Below, piece after piece: positions 52,593 to 64,000 of a stretch of DNA of 64,000 nucleotides. Source of the stretch: Trichoplax adhaerens (lineage: Eukaryota; Animalia; Placozoa); contig NW_002060945.1 of the NCBI RefSeq assembly GCF_000150275.1, positions 6,272,612-6,336,611 on the forward strand. Direction: 5' to 3'. The number at the start of each line of letters is the position of its first letter. Position 1 is the stretch's first letter. The notes under the pieces were generated by a model, which was given only the letters and a program-made list of their open reading frames with translations, was not told the origin of the DNA and ran no database searches. The translations under genes and the position numbers were made by a program.

Positions 52593-53644
52593 GTATTTTG
52601 AATTCATAATTCTTTTAGCTATTGTCGTTAATTGCGTTATAATTGCCTTACCGTATACTATCCCTCTATATGCATCGTAAGTAAAAATCAGATTAAGACT
52701 AGTCTCTTTGCTGTTCTTTAAGACATAAGTTTACTTAAATGCTAATTTACATTTAGATACGTAGTTAAGATTTTGAGTTCTTCAATGATAAATGAATCTC
52801 TACTTTGATTTCCCTCTAGGGCGATTTTTAACGCGATTTATACCGATAGAAATGCTACTTAAAATTACTGCTCGAGGATTGTTTCGTCATAAATTTTGCT
52901 TTCTAAGGGATCTATGGAATTGGCTGGATTTGGTTATTGTTATAGTAGGGTAATTGCATAGTTGCAATAGTTTTATACCGCTACTTTTTTTGTTGTCCTC
53001 CTTTCATTCAATTTTGTGTAAAAGCTGTATACAGTATTAAATATTAAATCAGAATATTTTATTAGGTTTAATTATGACTTGTATTCAAAATTATTTCTTG
53101 TTAATAGTTCGCTTTATTATAATACTCGTATTAGATATACAGTATTTGTACCAGGCTTAAATGTAATCCCAGGTATCAGCGTTATTCGAGTTCTAAGAGC
53201 GATCAGAATGGTGACGATGGTGAAAGGTAAATTAAAGCTATTAAAATTGCTCTTAGTGTAGCAGTATTTAATTTATTTGATCTGGTATTGCGTCTACTTA
53301 TATTGAAAAATAATGAGATCGGGATGATTGAATAAACCGCTATGTTGGGCTCTCTAACTAAAATTGATTAAAAAAACCTTGATAGGATTGAAAAGCATCG
53401 TTAATGCTGTTTTCCAGTCCATTCATATGTTAATAACTGTACTCTCTTTAACGCTGTTCTTCTTATGTGGTGTGGCGCTATTGGGCGTACAGTTATTCAT
53501 GGGAGTATTAACAAGAAAGTGTTGCTTAACGTATAATGCATCAAATTACAATGGTAGCTATGCATCATTCAACCAGTTTGTGACCAATACGAGTAAGTTT
53601 TTCTTGTATTCTAGCAATTATAATTCGCAGTTTATGCTAATTTG

Positions 53645-53741
53645 ACCTATATTAATAAGACGGCAGTGCTATAAAATGTTGTGCTAGGAATGTTTGTGTA
53701 TAAAATGGCTGATTTCGCAAATTGCCGTTAATAATAAAGGT
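53645..53741. repeat. Short element bounded by ~22 bp imperfect inverted repeats (MITE-like)
   Basis: ACCTATATTAATAAGACGGCAGT ... ATTGCCGTTAATAATAAAGGT. Confidence 0.45.
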
Positions 53742-56700
53742 TAGCGGCAATTTGGCAGTTTCAGGTATTTTACAAAATACCAGGTTTTAAAAGTTTTCGG
53801 TAACTTATACGATACTTTCTCTACATATATTTATTGCATATTTGATGCTAACAAATAAGTTCTCTATCTTATTTTACTGCTGATTCTTACGTTTAATATG
53901 TTAATCTTGCAGCTGATTCTGAGGCTTTCTTTAAATATTGGATAGGTAATTGGCTTTATATTGATGGTGAAACAAAAGTATGTGGTAATACTTCCGATAA
54001 TTAGTAAGTAGTGCCATTGAATTTTTTCGTGGCATGTTATTAATATTAGATTGATGGTAATTAGATGTAGTTATAATGTGTAATCAGCACAGTGGGATAA
54101 TCACAATTCTCTACATATTTATATGTGCTTCCTTAAAGTTTGTGTCCAAGCGGCTATTCCTGCTATGAAGGATTATTTCCTAATCCCGGCCGTGGCTTAC
54201 TCAGTTTCGATAACTTTCCTCTATCGTTATATGTAAACTTACAAATCGTGACGCAAGATCAATGGGATACAGATTATCAAACCGTATGATATGAATGATC
54301 AAACTTACTATTTAGTGTTGTGACAGTACTTTTTTATTAAATTCTATTTATTGAATTAGTGTAATCATGCTTATGTTGTTTCAAAGTTATAGCTATCATA
54401 GTTCCGCTATAAATATATTTATGGCGCTCCTTTTTTAATTCGAGTTAGGTTCTTAGAGCTACAAGTATATGGTACTTCCCTTATTTTTTAGCTATCATCT
54501 TCCTTGGGAGCGATTATTTATTAAATTTAATATTAGCTGTTGTATCAATGGCTTATAGTAAACAGCAAAAACTTGTAAAAGAACAGGTATGACAACTAAC
54601 ATACTTTACGTTACGAACTGAATTAGTAATACATAGACTATAAGTAATATATAAGTAAATTATTATTGGTAGCTTGCTGTTCAGTTAGGATCATTTTTAC
54701 TAATTAAATTAATGGCACAGCCTAATAACTTTAATGCTATGTTATTTCTTGAATACCGGTGTAACATAGTAGCGTTGAGGCTATACAACTGGCTTAGGAT
54801 AAGAATCGATTATAAGATTATATTCAGTTTAAGCTTTAGCGGTATCTATATGGGTTCCCTAGTAGTTTAATAATTCACATTTCTTACTTCCTTTAACTAA
54901 ATCAGCAAACAAATATCGAAAAATTTATCCAAATGACAAGAAATGAAACGCTGATTCCCTATTTATTAGAAGTCCCACCTCAACTTTGGCAACCAGCAGG
55001 ACACGCTGGTTGCTTCTCCATTTTTTATTCAAGACTAGCTAAAAAGCCTAAAAAGCCCCAAAAACAACATCAGAATAAAATTTCAGTCAATCAAAGTAAA
55101 ATCATCGAACCAAGACCTTCCTTCTCTTATACTATAAATAGTAATGACGAAGATAACATGAGGTGCAATGATTTGATAAATATTGAACTTTCCGAAGAAG
55201 TTAATGGTAGAGAATATCATAATGCTTTAAAGCCAGCTCCGGAAAATGTACCTGAAAGAGCCTTGGAAAGTAGTCTTTCGGCCAATAATTTAAGATTAGA
55301 GAAAATTAGTTTATCTGATGGTGGCAAGAAAAATAACTCTAGTGGTGAGCTCCTGATTCCATGTAATGACTTTTCCGACAAGTTATCAATAAATGGTAGA
55401 GAAATTAATTTATCAAAAGCTAGCAATCAGTCCATTCGAATGAATGAAAACAGAAGTAAGAAGCCATATGTATTTATGTATTTTATAATTTTATAAGCCT
55501 TTGAGAAATCTATGCGCAATTTAATTATTTAATAAATTGTAGTGTACATTGCGGCTATTGTTAGTTTAGTTGTAAATTTATGATATTTCAATTTCAAAAT
55601 TGGTAAACTAATAACATCCCACTGTGTTTAACTTGGATTTTTAGATTCTCTTGGGATGGTTGAATATACTACATTAAATTGTGTCATTGCCATACATGCA
55701 GTAGCTACAACCAAGAAATCAGCAAATAAAAAATAAGAAAATTCTTATTAAAAATAGTTCAAAGTGTTACTTTTGAGATCTTTATGATTACCTGCGTTCT
55801 TTGCGATTTTGTGATTCTGGCTCTTTCTAATCCTTTAACTCCATGGCCATGGGAGATGTATGTTGGCTATGTAAGTAGAATACATTAACGGCAGTATTTT
55901 CTGATCGATAGGGATTGAAATTTATTGTAAGTAAAAGTATAACTAATATGAAGATATGCTTAAGCACGGCATTGTCTTTCGCATGGTAAGGCATCAAATT
56001 TAAAATTCTATGTTGTAACAACATTTCGTGCAGAATCTCGACATGTTCACATCCTGTACTTGTATATTGATTCAGTATTTACGTCTTTACTCTATTATCG
56101 TACATATCGCATTATAATATTAAAATTGAATCCTTAGTAGATAATTTGATTAAATTTTCATTCCATAGTGGAACGCAAACGAATTATACCATCAAGTATT
56201 TTAAGAGTTTATTAAATATTAAAAATTTTACGAGTATTATGCTTAATAATAGATACGGTCTAAAACTGCTTATTCAAAGAAAAAGATCAATTTATCATAC
56301 AATATCACTGTTAATATTGATTACAGCTATTGATGCAATTAATAATTACAAGATTTTGAATCTAATGTTACAAACTGCGGCACTTTCTCTTAAAATAAAG
56401 TATCTATTAATCGTTAAAGACTTTTAAAGATATAAGTAATATATAATGAACAAAAATTACCAAATTTATTACTTATGCTTTTATCTATTGTTTAATAGGC
56501 ATTTGCATCGCTATTTGTGGTGGAAATGGTATTAAAAGTAATAGCACTAACTCCGCATTGTTATGTAAAAAGTAAATGGAATATTCTTGACTTTATCGTT
56601 ACCGTTATTGGTATAGTTGATGTCGTTTTAACCTTAATGCAGATTTCTACGGCAACTGTCAATGCATTGAGAACTTGCCGCGTGGTATGTTATGAAATTT

Positions 56701-59700
56701 TCTATATGTGATTAACCTGTTTATTTTTCTATTGACATAATCCATATTTCGTTGAAATTTTGTAATTTATTAGTAGCGATTTGATATAAAGTCATTCTAA
56801 TATCTATACCAACTTTTTAGTTTCGTGTATTCAAGTTGGCTAAATCATGGCCGGCTATGCGTAAATTATTATCAGCATTGGGTAAAAGTTCGTCAGCAAT
56901 CATGTATATCGGCTTAATGGTTCTGATTTATATCTACATATTCGCTGTCTTGGGCGTAAAACTATTTGAACCAGGCTATAAAAAAACATTTGGCAAAAAT
57001 CAGCCTAGATTTAATTTTGATGGCTTCTTTAATTCATGCTTAGTTATTTTTCGCATTATATGTGGTGAATGGTCGGGTCCTGTTAACGATGCTATAAAAG
57101 CCACTGGTTCATATGTATCTATCGTATTTTTTCTTTCCGCGTATATTATTGGCAATTTATTGGTATGCTGAATTGTATGGCACATTAAAATTGTATTAAT
57201 TAGTTAAAATTGAAACTAAAACTGTAGAAAAAGGAATATTAGAGGTATTAATAGAATTGATATCTTTGATTATTTTTTTGTAGGTTTTAAATTTATTTTT
57301 AGCTATGTTACTTAGCTCATTGGAGAACGCATCGATTGAAGAGGATAGCATCAATAATGGTGAAGTTAACAACTGTAATAATGGTGATAACGATGATGAT
57401 AATAAGAAAGAAGGCCTAACTCGAATGCAGAGAATGTCTCGAGCTATGAAAGTGGATAGAGTGTGGGCAACTTTAACTAATCCATGCTACCATCATTCTA
57501 GGAAAGAGAAAGACAGTAAATGTTCAGATATAGAAGAAGAACTGATTTCGGTGCCAATCAGTACTGCAAATGAAAATAAAATTGCTTCAGAGACTAGTAT
57601 TTATCATACCAGCGAAAATGCGTATACAAATCAAGATGGTCCAACAGATACCAAAAGCAATGATAGTAATCTAGATCAAATGGCAATAGATGATAATGGT
57701 AATTTAATGATCAGGAACCCTATCAAATTAACTAGTGAGACACTGATGACATCGAATACTACGAATAGTCCTATTTTAATTGAAGCTGAGAATGATAAGG
57801 TGGATATAAATTCTCAAAAAGAGCAACCTATTATCACGAAAGACTTCAATGCTAATATTGAAAAAAATGAACAAATAGGCAATCATCATCAGATAAAAAG
57901 TGGCACCAGTGGAGAAACTAATCGTAATTCCTCTCGTAACTCAATTGAGCGAGATCCTCATTCACTAACCACCTTGCATAGCAATAATATAGAAGGTGCT
58001 AGCATTCATGGCGTCGCTATTTTAAATCCAAACACCGTTGAGCAGACGAATGTCAAGAAAAGAAAAATGCTTTTTTCTGGTAGATTGTCACAAAGTAAGA
58101 GTACACCTCAAATGAAACAGAATATAGAATTAAAAGAAAGTCCCCCAAAAATTGGCAGAAGAGTCGCCATAAATAGATTAAAAAAACCCTTAAAATTCAA
58201 CCGGAATGTCATTAATAGTTCTACAGCTGGTGACTTACATGATCAAAATGAATCAGATCAAGATGATCTAATGGCTAACGTAGCAAAATTTCGGACTAGG
58301 ACATTAAAAAAGACAGCTAGTGATTTCCCTGGAACCGAAGCTTCACAAGATGATTATGTTTTAGTAGAAAGCGTAGATGAGAAGAGAAATATCAGTAACT
58401 ACTTTCATAAAAATACATTCAACAACTCTTCCCTTCGAGGAGATAAAACGTATAATACTTCGTCCGAGTCATACCATCTACCATCGTCAGATATACCTTC
58501 GCCAGTGATTGTTGAAGATACCACAGAAGGTAGGCTTACATAAGAATTTTTAAACATTAGCAAAGTGAAAATTTAGTTCATACGATTAATTAAGAGCAGA
58601 TTGACTATTGCACCAGTCGTTATTTTTAATCTGCTTTCGTCAGCTTCATCATAATAACAATAATTTATATACATATAATTTACTCGTTCTTGACTAAATT
58701 ATGAGATGATGGAACAAACAAGCAAAAGATTATTGAATCTCAGGATTTCGGTGCACTAGCTAATATCGACGATGGTACATATTTATTTATATCGCTTATA
58801 GAAGGAAGGAAATGAAATCGCATATTTTGCTTTCTAGTTTAATATTTTTTATTTCATTTTCTATTTACTTTGATGAAAAGTAACCAAGGATGTAATTCTA
58901 AGTCCAAGAGAAAGAAATAATGCAACTAATTTAAAGATATTTAATGGGTAAGTGATACGTAGCAGTAGAAGCAGCAATCGAATCAGTAAAGATAGGGCTA
59001 ATGAATTTATTTCTGTCCAATCGCATATAGATGACAATAAGTAAACATGGTAAAATAGCATAGGCATACTTCAAATGTTAAAAACAAACTATGATAACGG
59101 TCATGAATTAGAATATCTACGAAGGCAATATCTGATTAATCTAAATTGTCTAGCATTACTAGAGAAGACTATATTCATTTTCGGAAAGATTCAAATACAA
59201 TGCAGATACCCGCAACTGATATAAATGATCAAGAAAGAAAATTAAGTGTTAGTAGTACTAATTTTGATCGAAGGAGGCATGTTTACCAACGAGATCCGGG
59301 ACGAGAGACACAAGCATCGATCGGCACACTTAGTGAAAGGATTGAAGCAAAACTTGAGGATGGAGTCGATGGAAAGAAATCGGGTACTAAAAAGGTAAAT
59401 ATAGATGATTTTAATTAATTTCAATATTTAGTAGATAATCATAGCAAGACAGCCGTTCTCAGTAAATAGATATATGTACTTTTAAACTGTCACCATCAAT
59501 ATATTATCAATTCGATACAGAAAAATTTTCAACGGGCATTAACATTCCTATTCGGATCGGAAAATACCGTTCCGGCTTTTTTCCCGTCATTTCTAACCAA
59601 CTTCTGTCATTGCCAAGTCACCTATGACTGGAAATTAGTTCGATTGATTACTTATATTCGAAAGAAATTGTTGCTTGTTATAGAGAATCGATGGTATAAA

Positions 59701-60432
59701 ACCTTCATGCTTTTGCTAATCATATTTCATTGCGTAATACTGGTGAGGGTAACCAAGATCACTCGAATATACAATTTTAGCAGTGAAATTTATCATGCCT
59801 AGTTTTGTTATAAACTAGAAAGAACAGTAGACTCAGTAATTAATATATCTCAGTGCTAAGCTGTAAATTCTATAAATAAATTACTTTTCAGTAATCTAAA
59901 AGTATTTATAGAAATGGTTGAAGTTTATTTTAAAATCAAATAAAGACATCAACGAATTTTTTGTGAAATTTTTAGGTCATCAACGAAAACGGAGTAACAA
60001 ATACAATTTCGTCATCACCATCAGCATTTAGTATGCTAGAGATCATTATCAATTCTTTTTTTGCTGGTGAACTGATTGTCAGTTTTTTCGCACATGGTTG
60101 TGTAAATTTTTGTACCAGTCCCTGGAAAATGATGGACGTTATTATCGTTGGGGTAGGCTTATTATTTCTAGAGCAATGGAAGCAGCTGTTAGTTATAATG
60201 AGATGTCTTTGAAGGCTAATTAATACGTGAACTTTGATAATTATTATCGGTGTTATGTTCAATTCTAAGTAGTCTGCATTATATTTCTATTTTAATCATA
60301 ATTATTCATGTACAAACTTTATATCATAAAATACATTTCAAAATCATTTATTTCTTACCTGGACCATATTCGTATTTTAAATAGTTTGTACTATACTTTA
60401 GTTTTAATCTATCCGCCATCGTTCTATATCAC

Positions 60433-61020
60433 TGTCACAACCCTCACTTGTGGCAAAGGAAAGTAAAGAACTCTAGTGTAGTTACTTAAAACTTGGGCTA
60501 TTTCTCCCAGTATTTTCAGTTTCTATGAGAGAAGTATTTGAGAACTCGATTTCTCGGCTGATCTCCACAGACAACTGATTAATTATTACACTATTCTTCA
60601 CGATATGAGTCTTGCCGTTTCTTGAGCAATTACTAACTTTATTCTACAAAAACACGCGCTTAAATAGGTTTCTACAGTGAATTCCAATATTAAAGAGTGA
60701 GAATTCATGCTTTACAAGTTACATTAATTAGTATAATACCATTACTAAATATACATGTCGATATTCTCAGACTTAGATAGTTACAAGCTATCAGGTGTTA
60801 AGACGCTTAACCTTCGTCCATGTACAGCTCAATTTTTAGAGATTAACACACCTTATAAACCTACAGTAAATTAACTGCTAACAACTTCTATTTTTATCTC
60901 ATTTCTACCATCCTTTTATCAGCTACAAGCGCATTAAAACATAGCACATAACCTTATCTTATCTATTCATAAGCATTCATAAATTTACAGTTACTTAATT
61001 GGTAACGGCGTACCGTGACA
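60433..61020 (-). mobile_element. Solo LTR (588 bp) in a paralog C intron
   Basis: TGTCAC...GTGACA termini flanked by a perfect 5-bp direct repeat ATCAC (60428-60432 and 61021-61025). TATTTAA then AATAAA on the minus strand (~60666-60638) suggests the orientation. Confidence 0.85.
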
Positions 61021-61461
61021 ATCACTTATCACGTAATAAATAAGATTGAGTATGCTCACTATTCCGATTCATTTGTCCTATGAATATGAAATATACCAAA
61101 GATGTACTAGCGAAAATTCAGAAATACAGTAATTAGTAAATTTTATATAGAAACAAAGACACTTCTATTACTCATTATAATTTGTATGCGTATGCTACCA
61201 TATACCTGTGATTCGATTTCTTTACTGCATATCATACTTAATCATGATGACATATGAATTATAGCATAACACACCATTGAAATCAGAGAAACACTAATTT
61301 CAATATCTATCTAGAAATCAGCTTATAGCATCAGTGTTAAGCCATCTATAATTGAGTTCTTTAAAAATATTTTGTATCAATATAAATATATTAACTAACT
61401 TTGATCGCTCTTAATTGATATTTTTGTTTAGTTATCTTTTGCAACTTATTTCCTTGACACA

Positions 61462-61511
61462 NNNNNNNNNNNNNNNNNNNNNNNNNNNNNNNNNNNNNNN
61501 NNNNNNNNNNN
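61462..61511. other. Assembly gap (50 N)
   Basis: Run of N. Confidence 1.
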
Positions 61512-61551
61512 GTCAACGATTTTCATCAGACTAACATGATCGCTTACTCAC

Positions 61552-61640
61552 CATTTTGGAGTCGAGTGGTAAGAGGACCGTCACCAGGGTGAACACTTGA
61601 TCTTATACGCAAGCGCGACGTCCAGTCGGCTACGGAAAGG
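61552..61640 (-). other. Putative first exon (5'UTR plus ATG only) of an unidentified minus-strand gene
   Basis: CCAAAATG|GTGAGTAAG on the minus strand (ATG 61554-61552), the same arrangement as RPL36A exon 1 (CAACATG|GTGAGTAAG). Upstream are pyrimidine tracts (CCTCTT, CCTTTCC), CpG-rich sequence and a TACAG tract. The 5' end is approximate. Confidence 0.55.
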
Positions 61641-61829
61641 ACGGGACGGCATCGCGTAGCGCGTGTGGTCTTGGCCGAGCACGCGCACTGTGTCTGTGAA
61701 GAAGACTCGACAGGGTACAATGGTCCAGTTATGAGCAATTGTCTTACAACTCCCCCGCACAGTACGGGACGGACAGCCACTCGTACGCACAGGACTGTCA
61801 TGGAAGGGATGGAACTACTGGATACATCG

Positions 61830-62930
61830 AGTAATACAGTACTGTACAGTAGTCCATTGGTATACTGTACGAGTATTATTCAGTCAGTGTGAAGTCACTT
61901 TCATCGCACTTTTCAGTCCCTCAGTCAAAATTGGATTTTTAAAATTGTAAAAAAGAAAGTACCAGTGTACTAATAGTCACTGTCATACTGTGCTTGACCT
62001 TACGGAAAAGAATCGCAAGGCAAAGGAGCTGCTAAACACAGCCACACTCCATGACAGCCCCAATATTCTGCATGTTAACAGCACCTGACTAGTGGCATAG
62101 AAGCATGCCACTCAAAATAAGACAATCGACTACGAGTGTGCGCTGTGCAGGCGAACGTGGTCATTTCAAGTGAAGCGTATGTCTGCAAGCCGGTACATTA
62201 CACCCCCGTAGTCCGTGGCTGAGCGAAGTGACGCGTCCATTGCTGTGGTGTACAGTGTACAGTACTGTCTAGTACTGTATGACGGAACTGTACACTGTAC
62301 AGAATTGTACTTTATGTCTCATGGTGACTCTCATCTTCACGTCAGCCGTGTGAGATCGGATCATGGTGATGATGTACTGCATAGTGTACAGTAACGGTGT
62401 NNNNNNNNNNNNNNNNNNNNNNNNNNNNNNNNNNNNNNNNNNNNNNNNNNNNNNNNNNNNNNNNNNNNNNNNNNNNNNNNNNNNNNNNNNNNNNNNNNNN
62501 NNNNNNNNNNNNNNNNNNNNNNNNNNNNNNNNNNNNNNNNNNNNNNNNNNNNNNNNNNNNNNNNNNNNNNNNNNNNNNNNNNNNNNNNNNNNNNNNNNNN
62601 NNNNNNNNNNNNNNNNNNNNNNNNNNNNNNNNNNNNNNNNNNNNNNNNNNNNNNNNNNNNNNNNNNNNNNNNNNNNNNNNNNNNNNNNNNNNNNNNNNNN
62701 NNNNNNNNNNNNNNNNNNNNNNNNNNNNNNNNNNNNNNNNNNNNNNNNNNNNNNNNNNNNNNNNNNNNNNNNNNNNNNNNNNNNNNNNNNNNNNNNNNNN
62801 NNNNNNNNNNNNNNNNNNNNNNNNNNNNNNNNNNNNNNNNNNNNNNNNNNNNNNNNNNNNNNNNNNNNNNNNNNNNNNNNNNNNNNNNNNNCCCAGTGGT
62901 GATGTACAGCATAGTGTACAGTATCGGTGT
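61830..62930. repeat. Second TACAG/CTGTA-rich tract (patchy, interrupted by a gap)
   Basis: TACAGTACTGTACAGTA at ~61835, TGTACAGTGTACAGTACTGT at ~62249, and further copies around the gap. Confidence 0.7.
62401..62891. other. Assembly gap (491 N)
   Basis: Run of N. Confidence 1.
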
Positions 62931-63424
62931 AAAACAGATGTCGGGGCAGTGAAGGCGACCATGGCAGCTATAGCATAAAGACTTGACATGGCGAGTGTGT
63001 TATTTTTGCGACATCTATTTTACACACGGCTAGTAGGTCAGGCACATGGTTCAGCGCATACACAACTGGACAGTCTATACCAGCGCTGGAAACAATCATC
63101 TTGTTCAGGGACTTGTATGAAAGTACACCTACTCTGGTAGGAGTCCATGATCAAAGCCTCAACACAGCAGAGCTGCTCCAGCATCTTCAATCCTATTTTA
63201 GCTCATTGCAGGGAAAGAGTGTTGGTTATTTGCAATCAAGGACGTTAAAAGGCCAAAAGAATTGTATTGGACAGGTAGAACATATTAAAATTAAATCGAC
63301 GGTTAGCGCAATGATACACATGATCGAATAGTGTCAATTTGCAATGTCGTTTTGCTTAATGGAGCTGTAAATAAAGGAGAATAATATTGCAAAGTTGGGA
63401 TAGTGTGCAGGATAAACATGTAGA

Positions 63425-64000
63425 ATGAGCAAAATGACAACACGTACAACAGAGATGGCCGATATTACAAGTATTTTACAATCCTTTAATCAAGTTGTTG
63501 ACGATAAAACTGTCTTTATTAATCATGATATCAATACCAATGCCAAGTTATTGCAATGTACTAAAGCATTATTCGATTTTATCAAGCAAAATGAAATCGA
63601 TAAAGATAAATTATCACCTTTAAAGGAGTTGATCATTGACAACTTTACTCATGAGCAGATTTGGCAAGAATTACAATTACAAAATCAGCCTTTATTCAAA
63701 ATTTTAACCAAGAATTTAAAGAGATTATCGCAAGATCGTAACTGGCGATTAATGCTTGCCAATGATGACCCACCAGAGATGAATAGTCAAGGAAATTCGG
63801 CCGATAGTGACGTCGAGGATGAAGAATCCATGGATCATGATAATGATAATGCAGAGAAATCCAAAAGGGTACGATTTGATATCGATAGTCCAAACACCCT
63901 GGAGAGCTCAGTCACAAAGAGCGAAAAGGGAAATAAATTGAAAAAGAAGAGCGCGGTCGATGATCAGTTCTTTAAATTAGATCAAATGAATCAGTTTTTC
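63425..64000 (+). CDS. MPHOSPH10: U3 snoRNP protein MPP10, N-terminal part (runs off the window)
   Basis: Open frame from ATG 63425 to the window end, with SPLKELIIDNFTHEQIWQELQLQNQPL and KKSAVDDQFFKLDQM (both characteristic Mpp10 motifs) and an RVxF-type KRVRF. Start codon uncertain. Confidence 0.88.
   Translation, partial: MSKMTTRTTEMADITSILQSFNQVVDDKTVFINHDINTNAKLLQCTKALFDFIKQNEIDKDKLSPLKELIIDNFTHEQIWQELQLQNQPLFKILTKNLKRLSQDRNWRLMLANDDPPEMNSQGNSADSDVEDEESMDHDNDNAEKSKRVRFDIDSPNTLESSVTKSEKGNKLKKKSAVDDQFFKLDQMNQFF

Larger units (their letters stand above)
49799..61461 (+). pseudogene. Nav2-like channel paralog C (DI, DII, start of DIII); two frameshifts as assembled; runs into an assembly gap
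   Basis: Approx. exons 49799-50026, 52351-52478, 52593-52676, 52820-52949 (130 nt versus 129 in A and B), 53135-53226, 53386-53592, 53946-54003, 54139-54283, 54449-54586, 54906-55455, 55645-55870 (frame break in the A run at 55728-55733), 56499-56684, 56821-57162, 57283-58529, small linker exons, 59521-59742, 59976-60152, 61432-gap. P-loops TQDQWD / CGEWSG. Channel homology is clear; pseudogene versus sequencing error is unresolved. Confidence 0.6.

Noticed and set aside
57545-57580. VPISTANE in the II-III loop of C, resembling the ankyrin-G anchor motif VPIAxxESD
   Set aside because: Lacks the ESD core and is not shared by A or B
58881-59040. Apparent in-frame TAA at ~58949 in a linker exon of C
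   Set aside because: A strong GG|GTAAGT donor just before it splices in phase to the next exon, so it need not be a nonsense mutation
62342-62989. Long ORFs in the track
   Set aside because: They consist of N-gap codons

Overview
AT-rich, intron-dense animal genomic DNA. Compact introns, Nav2-type channels and TACAG/CTGTA tracts suggest a placozoan such as Trichoplax; this is inference only. In order: CEP120 (+, 19 exons, start codon just upstream of the window); RPL36A/eL42 (-, 5 exons) hosting a SNORD38/snR61-type C/D snoRNA; a TACAG-rich promoter tract; three tandem four-domain Nav2-like channel genes (+); two assembly gaps; an ATG-only first exon on the minus strand; and the 5' part of MPHOSPH10 (+). 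Channel A (14406-26944) is a conventional DEEA Nav2. Channel B (31210-46865) is intact but has a DEDA filter, a Lys-Arg pair in the DIII outer vestibule and a decayed DIII voltage sensor. Channel C (49799 to the gap at 61462) has two single-base frameshifts and an intronic solo LTR. The same U12 intron has different termini in the three paralogs (AT-AC, GT-AG, AT-AA), and A and B share a second AT-AC intron with a distal branch site. All exon boundaries were derived by hand from splice signals, reading frame and paralog comparison.
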